From Hormiphora californensis (lineage: Eukaryota > Animalia > Ctenophora), in contig CM035357.1 in the NCBI GenBank assembly GCA_020137815.1, positions 1,612,001 to 1,676,000 of the forward strand: 64,000 nt of DNA. The letters run 5' to 3'. The notes under the pieces were generated by a model, which was not told the DNA's origin, ran no database searches, and worked only from the letters and a program-made list of their open reading frames with translations. Positions 57,001 through 64,000 of this stretch are shown piece after piece (the first letter of the stretch is position 1; each line of letters begins with the position of its first letter). A program made the position numbers and the translations under genes.

Positions 57001-58478
57001 CTTGCTCTATATTATCATGATTTTGGGTATTATTCTCTTCCCCTCCATTTCTTGCTCTTTCCCTGCCCCAATATTATTCTCTTCCCCTCCATTTCTTGCT
57101 CTTTCCCTGCCCCAATATTATTCTCTTCCCCTCCATTTCTTGCTCTTTCCCTGCCCCAATATTATTCTCTTCCCCTCCATTTCTTGCTCTTTCCCTGCCC
57201 CAATATTATTCTCTTCTGCTGCACCTCTCAGTAGACACGCTCGAGCAATCTCACATAATACTGCGGTATGATCATAGCTTACCCAATCCTATTACACTAC
57301 TTGGGTAGGGCGAGAGAGTGAGATAGAGGGGAGAGAGAGAGAAAGATGGGGTGTGAGATTCCAATACTACAAATTACAGACCCACTCAACTAGATTGATA
57401 TGGCGACAGGGACCCCTCCAATCTCTCTAGCTCTTTAATTTAGTCGTCTACCAATCAAATAAAATAGTGGTATCATATTATCCCCTCCTGCCAATCGTCC
57501 AAACAATCTCTATATTAGATGGCCGAATCCACTCAGATCATGCTCTCTAACTACAACACATTACCCATATATTTATCCCTTACTCCGCCTTACTACCCTG
57601 AGGCCGCGGTACTCCTTTCTAAAACATGTCCAAATCTCACACTGTTTTCAAGGTTGTCCCCCCTCAGGTGATCTAACACCTAACCCCCAGATCGTCAGCT
57701 ATCGCATCCATGCTAAAGCAACTCCCGACTGCCATGCTAAAATTAGCAGAAGACAGGGAATCAGGGGGATTGTTCAACAACTGGTTCGGTAAAAAGAGCA
57801 AGTATGGTTTGGAGTTCAGGCTTTCAACCAGACTTCTTGCAACATTTCTATTATATCAGGTATTGATTTAAACAAAACGTCGTGAATAGTTTTTTCTCGA
57901 TGTCTCGATGCCTGTATTCTTAAAATCGCTTGGTTTATTGTGCTTTGTATTTCTGTTTCACACCATCCGCTCTCTCCAGGTCAACAAGGATGGTTCACTC
58001 CGAGTTAGTGCAGGGACACGCCACAACCTGACTAGCGATGCCGGAAAGTCCATGGACTCCGTCCGGTCTCTGGTCCATAACCGAGCCTATTTGGCTCACA
58101 TTGACACATTACAGGTACGCGCCGGGACGTCAAACAGGGGGTCGGAAAACGCGCAGCTGCGCGCAGTCTAAAATTATATCTCACATCGGTCATGTGACTC
58201 GGCTGTCGACTCTGCAATGCAGGGCGTTGTCACTCGTCTGTCGAGGGGAGAGAGTCTTAGTGGGTGAATTCAGGGGGCTGTGATTTAATTCCGGGATTAG
58301 ATCACACAAACACGTCCCACCAACTGTCACATAACACCCCCTGTTTCAGAAATGTATTGCCATGACTCAGGACACCAGCAGAACCTTTTTACACACGATG
58401 GAACTATTACGATTCCTTGCTATGACATACTTCAGTGAGCGTCATTTCCTCAGAACAATCGTCTACGTGACAAAATGA
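21894..58478 (+). CDS. EPG5: Ectopic P-granules protein 5 (autophagosome-lysosome tether); ~38 exons, first 21894-24460, last 58350-58478
   Basis: EPG5-like segments recalled from homologues: DHRFILNHLLRCPTGFSFWG, SLWQFLTELPY, GLNWGSHDQRLFIP, FARWCWEVLL, C-terminal LAMTYFSERHFL; long chain of GT-AG exons; not every internal boundary was phase-checked. Confidence 0.85.
25316..25424. mobile_element. MITE family A copy
   Basis: Left TIR degenerate; flanked by AATGCCCC duplication. Confidence 0.88.
25463..26129 (+). mobile_element. Non-autonomous Helitron-like element
   Basis: A|TCTATATTATAAAG start, subterminal hairpin CCTG-CGC-CAGG, CTAG|T end, no TSD. Confidence 0.65.
26292..27317 (+). CDS. 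Intronless type-I membrane protein: signal peptide, PAN/apple-like domain, sushi/CCP-like domain, TM helix; nested in an EPG5 intron
   Basis: 341-aa ORF; ECVLNCYLDEECKAVYFYPGNGTC (PAN pattern); C..LPNA..C.KGFRL..C.ENGEW..C (CCP pattern); ILVTVFLVSSYIIVAVAA. Confidence 0.75.
   Translation: MFLLVLLLPNVLQSTMIDGVQPDIPNYIAFYPITKQECVLNCYLDEECKAVYFYPGNGTCFAYDRISVTYTDTEKDKDEPAEMMMTVVDMDAGLFASMPLELGVVDIPTPGVSVLIMDRYGYCFTFTPQGTAEFVTTDCSFYSKFSVVATENERIITLRIKNVRCLYFDTDGPKLTKDCEDERARLPTTQILINHTSVDLTNYQMYQYREYTVCQTSQVMDYLPNAFVLRKNENPLLNPGWKLEALCRKGFRLKSDPRANFFYIECQENGEWLYNDVCVAIDTDADVKHDYVEEPGETVNCTCECGILGQLATIDKILVTVFLVSSYIIVAVAARIQPRNG
28260..28345. mobile_element. Short TA-flanked Tc1/mariner-type MITE (family B)
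   Basis: TA|CAGTTGGACCCCGATTTA...TAAATCGGGGCCCGACTG|TA. Confidence 0.8.
28582..28690. mobile_element. MITE family A copy
   Basis: Full-length; 4 bp downstream of the protease stop codon. Confidence 0.9.
28695..32133 (-). CDS. Secreted papain-family (C1A, cathepsin L-like) protease with I29 prodomain, 3 ShKT domains and C-terminal F5/8-type C/fucolectin-like domain; exons 32133-31677, 31564-31390, 30789-30737, 30624-30435, 30071-29356, 29220-29079, 28920-28695; nested antisense in EPG5
   Basis: Signal peptide; RQRAFVKNYNMIKDHN and GVNSFTMMT prodomain; KNQGKCGSCWAF, DGCNGG, WHAVAVVGY, VKNSWGSDWGDKG; three 6-Cys units ending CxKxCxxC; AENAVDGD..ASHT..QWF..LEFTEIEVY; phases consistent. Confidence 0.85.
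30893..31420 (-). repeat. ~51-bp tandem array (10 units) of protease exon-2 end + 5' splice site
   Basis: Unit on the - strand: AACGGGGGTGTTTCTTCTTCTGTTTATGC|GTAAGAAATCAATGTATTGAC. Confidence 0.92.
33268..34011. mobile_element. Non-autonomous TIR element with GGGCAAA subterminal repeats
   Basis: GGGGGGTACGTCACCTTTT...AAAAGGTGACGTACCCCCC flanked by TATTTATT duplication. Confidence 0.85.
34351..34459. mobile_element. MITE family A copy
   Basis: Both TIRs; TSD (G/C)TGTCTAA. Confidence 0.9.
35690..36510 (+). repeat. Five tandem copies (~160-190 bp) of an EPG5 acceptor + exon start
   Basis: CCCTCAG|ATCATGTCCTTTGTGTCGTGGTTCAG... at ~35768, 35955, 36116, 36277, 36437. Confidence 0.92.
37166..38710. 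mobile_element. 1.55-kb foldback/MULE-like element, 9-bp TSD CAAATACTG
   Basis: Long inverted arms GGCAATTTTGCATTTGCGGG... with TATAGACGC repeats; exact 9-bp TSD. Confidence 0.9.
39124..39311. mobile_element. MITE family A copy interrupted by a 71-bp element (39150-39220, TSD GGAAATAC)
   Basis: 109+71+8=188 bp; insert ends TTGGTGA...TCACCAA. Confidence 0.9.
39965..40073. mobile_element. MITE family A copy
   Basis: Full-length. Confidence 0.9.
41133..41385. mobile_element. MITE family A copy (41133-41242) and inverted partial copy (~41305-41385)
   Basis: Family sequence match. Confidence 0.85.
41890..42400 (+). repeat. Four tandem copies of an EPG5 acceptor + exon start
   Basis: CCTCAG|TAAGAA(T/C)ATGGT(T/C)GAAGC...CCCCCAGTCCC at ~41968, 42101, 42201, 42329. 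Confidence 0.88.
44746..44854. mobile_element. MITE family A copy
   Basis: Flanked by TATAGTGGG duplication. Confidence 0.9.
45441..45538. mobile_element. MITE family A copy fused to an EPG5 acceptor
   Basis: Right TIR missing; ...GTTTACTTGTTTC runs into TCCCACAG. Confidence 0.85.
45630..45930 (+). repeat. Three copies of an EPG5 exon end + donor with GGTTAC(T/C)AAG minisatellite spacers
   Basis: CTCGCTCTGTAAAAC...GGCGGCCATTCTTG|GTGAG three times. Confidence 0.88.
46369..48516. mobile_element. 2.15-kb foldback/MULE-like element, 9-bp TSD ACAAACCGC
   Basis: ~900-bp inverted arms (identical 89-aa ORFs on opposite strands); exact 9-bp TSD; no transposase. Confidence 0.9.
49170..50530 (+). repeat. 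Nine tandem copies of an EPG5 acceptor + ~65-nt exon start, interleaved with MITE-A fragments in both orientations
   Basis: AG|GTA(T/C)TATCTGGAGATTCTGGG...CACCTACTACAACCA at ~49186, 49337, 49516, 49693, 49834, 49995, 50174, 50323, 50463. Confidence 0.92.
50670..50875. repeat. Perfect ~65-bp inverted repeat with ~75-bp spacer
   Basis: ATTATACCAAAACTAATTG...GCTACCTTTG / CAAAGGTAGC...TTGGTATAAT. Confidence 0.88.
52150..52240. mobile_element. MITE family A, right end truncated, flanked by ~18-bp duplication CAATCGCACACTTTAACC
   Basis: Direct inspection. Confidence 0.85.
52713..52821. mobile_element. MITE family A copy, TSD AATATCAG
   Basis: Both TIRs, exact 8-bp TSD. Confidence 0.92.
53325..54030. 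repeat. Intronic ~280-bp duplication with (CT)n tracts
   Basis: CCCGTTTCTCTCGTTAATATTTATCGCC...GTATCACATCATCATCTC twice; CT runs at ~53680-53763 and ~53930-54030. Confidence 0.8.
54652..54761. mobile_element. MITE family A copy
   Basis: TSD ATT(C/T)AGTC. Confidence 0.9.
55068..55445 (+). repeat. Five copies of an EPG5 exon end + donor
   Basis: (CCCA)TACTGCTACTGCCAA|GTTAGT repeated. Confidence 0.88.
56688..56796. mobile_element. MITE family A copy
   Basis: Full-length, 8 bp from an EPG5 donor. Confidence 0.9.
57028..57215. repeat. ~44-bp pyrimidine-rich minisatellite (about 4 units)
   Basis: TATTATTCTCTTCCCCTCCATTTCTTGCTCTTTCCCTGCCCCAA. Confidence 0.88.
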
Positions 58479-58995
58479 TGACCATACTTCACAACAGTTT
58501 GATACTTGCGACCCCACAAAATTAAATGAACTTTGAGATTTTGCCAGTCCGTGTTTTTATCTCTCACGATCCTAATTGTGTAATATATGATCTCTAGCTC
58601 TTGTGTAGCTATAAGACGAAAGAGAAACTGAAAAGTAGCAGTGAACAGAATCGGACTCTCAGAGAAGAGAGAGCAAATACTGTCAGAGCATTAGCCTGAC
58701 AGAGACAGAGAGACGTTGTTTGTAGATATGATGATTTAAGGGATTTTGTTTACTGTTGTTTAACGGGAAGGGGTCTGCTCCCCCACCCCCAACAGATTGT
58801 ATGTATTGTTATCTCATTTGGTTTTTTGTACTCTCTCGTTGAACTGAGAATATTTCAGCAAATTAATCGTCTTTTATGGTTTATTGGATGGCAGTTGTAA
58901 GGTCAATTGATCAACAATTATAAAAAACAACAGCCAATAAAATCATGGAAAACAATTCAGTTTTCGTCTCTTAAAAACATTGTCAATGGTCTGAA

Positions 58996-60821
58996 TCATT
59001 CGCTAACTTCAGCTGTTTGTATTCGAGCCTTCCCAAATCGTTTGGCAGCTTTCTTCACGTTGAGGATATTCTTAATGCAAATCTCTGGCGAGTTGAAGGA
59101 CCTGAAAAGAGGGGGAAATAAGCTTACTTTGGTTCAGGTCGATCGGCGGTTGTTTGAAGACTGGGGAACCGTGCTGGTTTTGCGCGCGGGGTGTTTTCTG
59201 TCACAGTAAATGGGATCTTCCAATTTAACAATGCTCTCGCGCGCTACAACACTGCGAGAACAACATTCACCCTGCTGCTGCCGCCCTCTACACCGACACG
59301 CTTCGTCCACGTCCTGAACTCCAGGAAGCGAGATACCGATATGGCATTACCTGCTCTTGCCTAAATCTTTCTTAATTACAACTTTATTTCTTACCTAGGA
59401 GGGAAAAGGTTCCGTTCATTAAACTTTTTACTTCGCGGAATTAGTTCATCAGGCTCAGTATCTGACTCACTTTCCTCATCCCTACCCCAGTTGGGAGAGG
59501 CTTGTTTCTCTTCTTTTGCTATCTTATCTGTTGAAAAACATCTTCAGTACTCTATTTGGTAAGGACACACCTCCATTTCCGACAATGATTGACGCGAAAC
59601 AAACAAGATAAGAATCTAGTTAATTCGAATTCAATCGTATTCAATCTGCAAATCCAACCTACCTATTCCGTTGGCGGTGAATTTGGGGAGGCCCTCTCGT
59701 CCTGCTATTTTCATGTAATTAGGTGGACAGGGGAAGGCTGGGTCTATGGCCATATTTTTCTGATCCAACTGTGAAAACACCAAAATACTACCACACTCTT
59801 GACCCACTCGAACGGGTGGCTGAAATGGGGATGAGAGAATTATTCGTCGAATGGAATTAAATAGAAAGTACACTTTGGTACAGTCGGACCCCGATCTAGT
59901 GGCCCCCGATTTAGTGGCACCCCGATTTAGTGGCAGGATTTTTTCCCCGATATAGGAAATTAACATTATTTGAACCCGATTTAGTGGCACCCCGATTTAG
60001 TGGCAGGATTTTTTCCCCCCGAGGATGCCACTAAATCGGGGTCCGACTGTAGTTGGATCCATAGGGATCCATCCAACTAACAACTATAACTAACCAGGGG
60101 TTGTCGAGGTCGGGTAGTCCTCCTGTACCCCCGTCCCAAAATATAACTCTTATCACAATCAAGTGAAATCTGTAACGTCTTGTCATTATCAACCATATCC
60201 AGTATGCCACGGTCATTTAGTTGAGAGGACAAGTGGGTAAATGTCATGACATTTTTAATTGACCTGCGGATTTAAAGGGTAGTTAATAAAATATATTGGA
60301 TGTTGAGGCTATATCTACCGCAGCTCAGCTTTTTGTTAAAAAACGTTGGGTAGAATTAGCTCAATGAAATTAGAATGTCACCCATACCACTGCTGCACAG
60401 TGAGAGAGGGTCAAACGAGCTGCAAGTCATTATGCATACTTCCAAGGGTTGAACTTCCTTTTCTTTCGTTTTTGTCGGTTGATCTGATCTTCTGTCATGG
60501 TGGCCCTGATGTCATCGGGAATTGAAAACTCGTCAGGACTGTCAGGTCGCACCTTCCAGATCTCTGTCTGTCCAAATGTACCTGCGTGTGATGTGTTGTG
60601 AAAGTGTGGTAATTATACAGGAAAGAAATCACAGTTAGCATTAATTAATCATCTCATTAACAGCTATGTGTTTTTATAAAGCATGCATTTAGTATAAAGC
60701 ATGTTTACCGATGTAAGTTCCCTGAAGGGTCCAAAGTCTAATTGAGCAATCCGTGCTGGTGGTAATAATGAGATCCTGCTTTTGGACCAACTCAACGTTT
60801 GTTATTGTTGCCAAGTGACAC
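58996..60821 (-). CDS. 3' portion of a WD40-repeat protein (WDR49/WDR64-like), convergent with EPG5; upstream exons not located
   Basis: Exon from 60821 reads CHLATITNVELVQKQDLIITTSTDCSIRLWTLQGTYIG, joined to TFGQTEIW; further GT-AG exons to stop at 58996; one late junction uncertain. Confidence 0.65.
59881..60049. mobile_element. TA-flanked Tc1/mariner-type MITE (family B)
   Basis: TA|CAGTCGGACCCCGAT...ATCGGGGTCCGACTG|TA; related fragments at ~15808 and ~34950-35006. Confidence 0.85.
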
Positions 60822-61135
60822 CTGATGGAGATAAGGTAGTTGGGAGTTAGGGCAGGTGACACCTGGAGATATAAGGTAGTTGGGAGTTAGGTGACACCTG
60901 ATGGAGATAAGGTAGTTGGGAGTTAGGGCAGGTGACAACTGGAGATAAGGTAGTTGGGAGTTAGGGCAGGTGACAACTGGAGATAAGGTAGTTGGGAGTT
61001 AGGGCAGGTGACACCTGGAGATAAGGTAGTTGGGAGTTAGGGCAGGTGACACCTGGAGATAAGGTAGTTGGGAGTTAGGGCAGGTGACACCTGGAGATAA
61101 GGTAGTTGGGAGTTAGGGCAGGTGGCACCTGGAGA
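60815..61135 (-). repeat. 38-bp tandem array of the WD40-gene acceptor (also at ~62114-62280 and ~62672-62820)
   Basis: Unit on the - strand: ...CCTTATCTCCAG|GTGTCAC. Confidence 0.88.
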
Positions 61136-62131
61136 TGTTTGTTTGTTTGTTTGTCACTAAACCATGGGATACGCTCAGCAAACCTCCATACCAACCCGGG
61201 TATGTGGTAACTATGGCGCTGAGTCCCTTTCTCTCCCCTGGGAGAGAAAGAGACTCATGGTTTAAATTTCTGGAACATTCGAGAGGATCTTGGTCCGTTA
61301 GGTAACGTTTTGCCTTTGAGGGGGTCTTGGTCGGGTAGGTAACATTTTGCCTTTGAGAGGGTCTTGGTCTTGAAAATAGGTAACGTTTTGCCTTTGAGAG
61401 GGTCTTGGTCGGGTAGGTAACGTTTTGCCTTTGAGAGGGTCTTGGTCTGGTTTGATGTTTATCGTATTTGTTGGTCTGTCTGGGGCACACTCTCAAGCTA
61501 TGTCTTGTCTTACTCTTAATTATTGAATAGTCAATTACATTCACAATATCAACTGTACACAATAAATGAACAAACAATACGGACAGGTGAACTTACGACC
61601 TTGATGAATGATTGGTACCGTGATGTTGTTGGTGATGAGATGAGAGGTGTAAACATTTCCAATGGTGACAAAGAACGAAAACGATCAAACACAAACAATG
61701 GGTTGGGCAGATTGTAGCACCACTAGAGTGTAAAATGTTCTAAAAGACGATTCGGATGAGATAGATAATAACATTTGTTAGTTGTTACACGCGATAAGCG
61801 ACTTAGTGCACCAAAACACAAGGATTGTCTCTGTAGTGTGGTGTTTTGCAATGTCCGTTATATTGGGAGAGGTGGGTGGGGGAGGGCGGGTGGGGGTGGG
61901 GCGGGGGGTAATATTGGACAAAAATGTTGCTGTAATTTAGTAATGAGACCAGGCCAGGCCCGAGAGACAGTTCAGTGGTAACTGGGGGGTCATGTGTGAT
62001 GGAAATGAGAACTAGAGGCAGATTTGAGTTGCATTTTATTGAGGAAAATAGCCCTTTTTAGTGTCTGAGACAAGCAAAAGTGAAACGAAATGCAACGTAA
62101 CGAACGAGTAATGGGCACCTGGAGATAAGGT

Positions 62132-63202
62132 AGTTGGGAGTTAGGGCAGGTGACACCTGGAGATAAGGTATTTGGGAGTTAGGGCAGGTGACACCTGGAG
62201 ATAAGGTAGTTGGGAGTTAGGGCAGGTGACACCTGGAGATAAGGTAGTTGGGAGTTAGGGCAGGTGACACCTGATGGAGATGAAGTAGTGGGAGGTTAGG
62301 CCAGGGTGGTTGGTAATATGGAAGTGTAAAGTTAGGGTAGGGTGGTTGGTAATTAATATTATTCAAGAAAACACGGTGACTTTTGGGGATGTGGCATTGC
62401 CACCACAGATGAATTTAATTCGAATGGCTCATTTCCCCAATACAATAAGCATCCTACAACACTATTATTTAAGACCCACGTCCCACAGTCCACACCGGGT
62501 ATCTAACGGTCTATTGTCAAGGAGACAAAACTTTATCTTTTTCCCATCATTCTTCATAAAGTTTTTGATAATGATATAATGGGATAATTGGAGTTGCTAT
62601 GGCAATTCTTGCGTACTTAGTACTAGGACGTGTGTACATGATGGCAAACATTACCCCTACAGCATATTACAGTTGGGAGTTAGGGCAGGTGACACCTGGA
62701 GATAAGGTATTTGGGAGTTAGGGCAGGTGACACCTGGAGATAAGGTAGTTGGGAGTTAGGGCAGGTGACACCTGGAGATAAGGTAGTTGGGAGTTAGGGC
62801 AGGTGACACCTGATGGAGATGAAGTAGTGGGAGGTTAGGCCAGGGTGGTTGGTAATATGGAAGTGTAAAGTTAGGGTAGGGTGGTTGGTAATTAATATTA
62901 TTCAAGAAAACACGGTGACTTTTGGGGATGTGGCATTGCCACCACAGATGAATTTAATTCGAATGGCTCATTTCCCCAATACAATAAGCATCCTACAACA
63001 CTATTATTTAAGACCCACGTCCCACAGTCCACACCGGGTATCTAACGGTCTATTGTCAAGGAGACAAAACTTTATCTTTTTCCCATCATTCTTCATAAAG
63101 TTTTTGATAATGATATAATGGGATAATTGGAGTTGCTATGGCAATTCTTGCGTACTTAGTACTAGGACGTGTGTACATGATGGCAAACATTACCCCTACA
63201 GC
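62132..63202. repeat. Apparently identical ~530-bp tandem duplication (offset 539 bp)
   Basis: Identical 89-aa ORFs at 62310 and 62849. Confidence 0.9.
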
Positions 63203-63298
63203 CTACTATTATTTAGCTCAGTTCCTTAGATCAGAGGACATTTACAACTTAGACTTGTTATATATATATAGCACATAAAGTGATACACCTTCCTTGTT

Positions 63299-64000
63299 AT
63301 GTTGTTTCTGTTATGGGCCGTCCTGGCTAGCTGCAGTTCATTTGACTCATGTCCAAACCAAGTTTGTATAGAATCAGGTAAGTTCCTTTTGCCGCCAAAA
63401 AAAGTTAGCATTTTGGTCCCCCGCCGTGATTTGTGTTCTGGTAATGAATCATTTTGTTTTCTTTCTGTTCCAATCAAACACTTATAAAAGTTTTGCAGGC
63501 CAGTGGAAACCCGTGCACAAGACCGAAATTCCATGGAATTTCACCCAGACCTCACTTCAAGTGTGGAGTGACTCTGTACAAGGAAGTGGAGATATAATCA
63601 AGATCGCTCACTTCAATTCTGAACATAAGTGGAATGCAGCATTCAAAGTCATATACAACATCCCTAATCTTGAATTCAATATTGGTCAATGTCTTGTTCA
63701 GGCAACCGCTTTTCCAACACAACCAAATCTTCTGACTGAAAATGTCTGGGAGTTTTCCGTTACCCCTCAAAAAGTGGCTATCAGGTTCAACGGAGATGTG
63801 ATTATGAGTTATGCGCCCAACAACGATAATTACAATGGTTGCACTAAAAAGTAAGTCGTAGTTTTTATTTTCACTTGAAGTCGAAGTAGGGTGTTTTGAT
63901 CTCTTTTGGAGACTCCTATTTCATTATCAACTTATCAAATCTAATTTAACCCTCCTGTTACAGATGGAATCCGGATAACATTCACTACATCAAATTTCAC
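63299..64000 (+). CDS. 5' part of a secreted protein with a beta-rich domain; exons 63299-63377, 63499-63850, 63964-edge
   Basis: Signal peptide MLFLLWAVLASCSS; phase-consistent GT-AG junctions; probably nested antisense in the WD40 gene. Confidence 0.65.

Noticed and set aside
61590-61740. Possible upstream exon of the WD40 gene
   Set aside because: Splice-like sites are present but no convincing WD40-like frame could be joined.

Overview
Eukaryotic (animal) genomic DNA with GT-AG introns; the repeat content suggests a ctenophore such as Pleurobrachia (recalled, not verified). Genes I can reconstruct: DDX51-like DEAD-box helicase (-, 4309-8975); an unidentified multi-exon gene (-, ~10.1-14.8 kb); p47/NSFL1C (-, 16480-18463) plus a 3'-truncated tandem copy (-, 20131-21428); a ~36.6-kb EPG5 (+, 21894-58478); the 3' part of a WDR49/WDR64-like WD40 gene (-); and the start of a secreted-protein gene at the right edge. 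EPG5 introns hold two nested genes: an intronless PAN/sushi/TM gene and a papain-family protease fused to three ShKT domains and an F5/8-type C/fucolectin-like domain. Introns are packed with non-autonomous DNA transposons. These include a 109-bp hAT-type MITE (>20 copies plus fragments, carrying GTCACGTGAC and CCAAT boxes), two 1.5-2.1 kb foldbacks with 9-bp TSDs, Tc1/mariner, TTAA-flanked and Helitron-like elements, and a tRNA-derived element. The most striking unexplained structure is that at least 13 exon boundaries across several genes are 'echoed' by 2-10 tandem copies of the splice junction or stop codon. The echoes are often interleaved with MITE fragments joined at microhomologies, and the MITE itself sits preferentially within ~50 bp of exon ends. 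Exon coordinates were derived by hand and may be off by a few bases.
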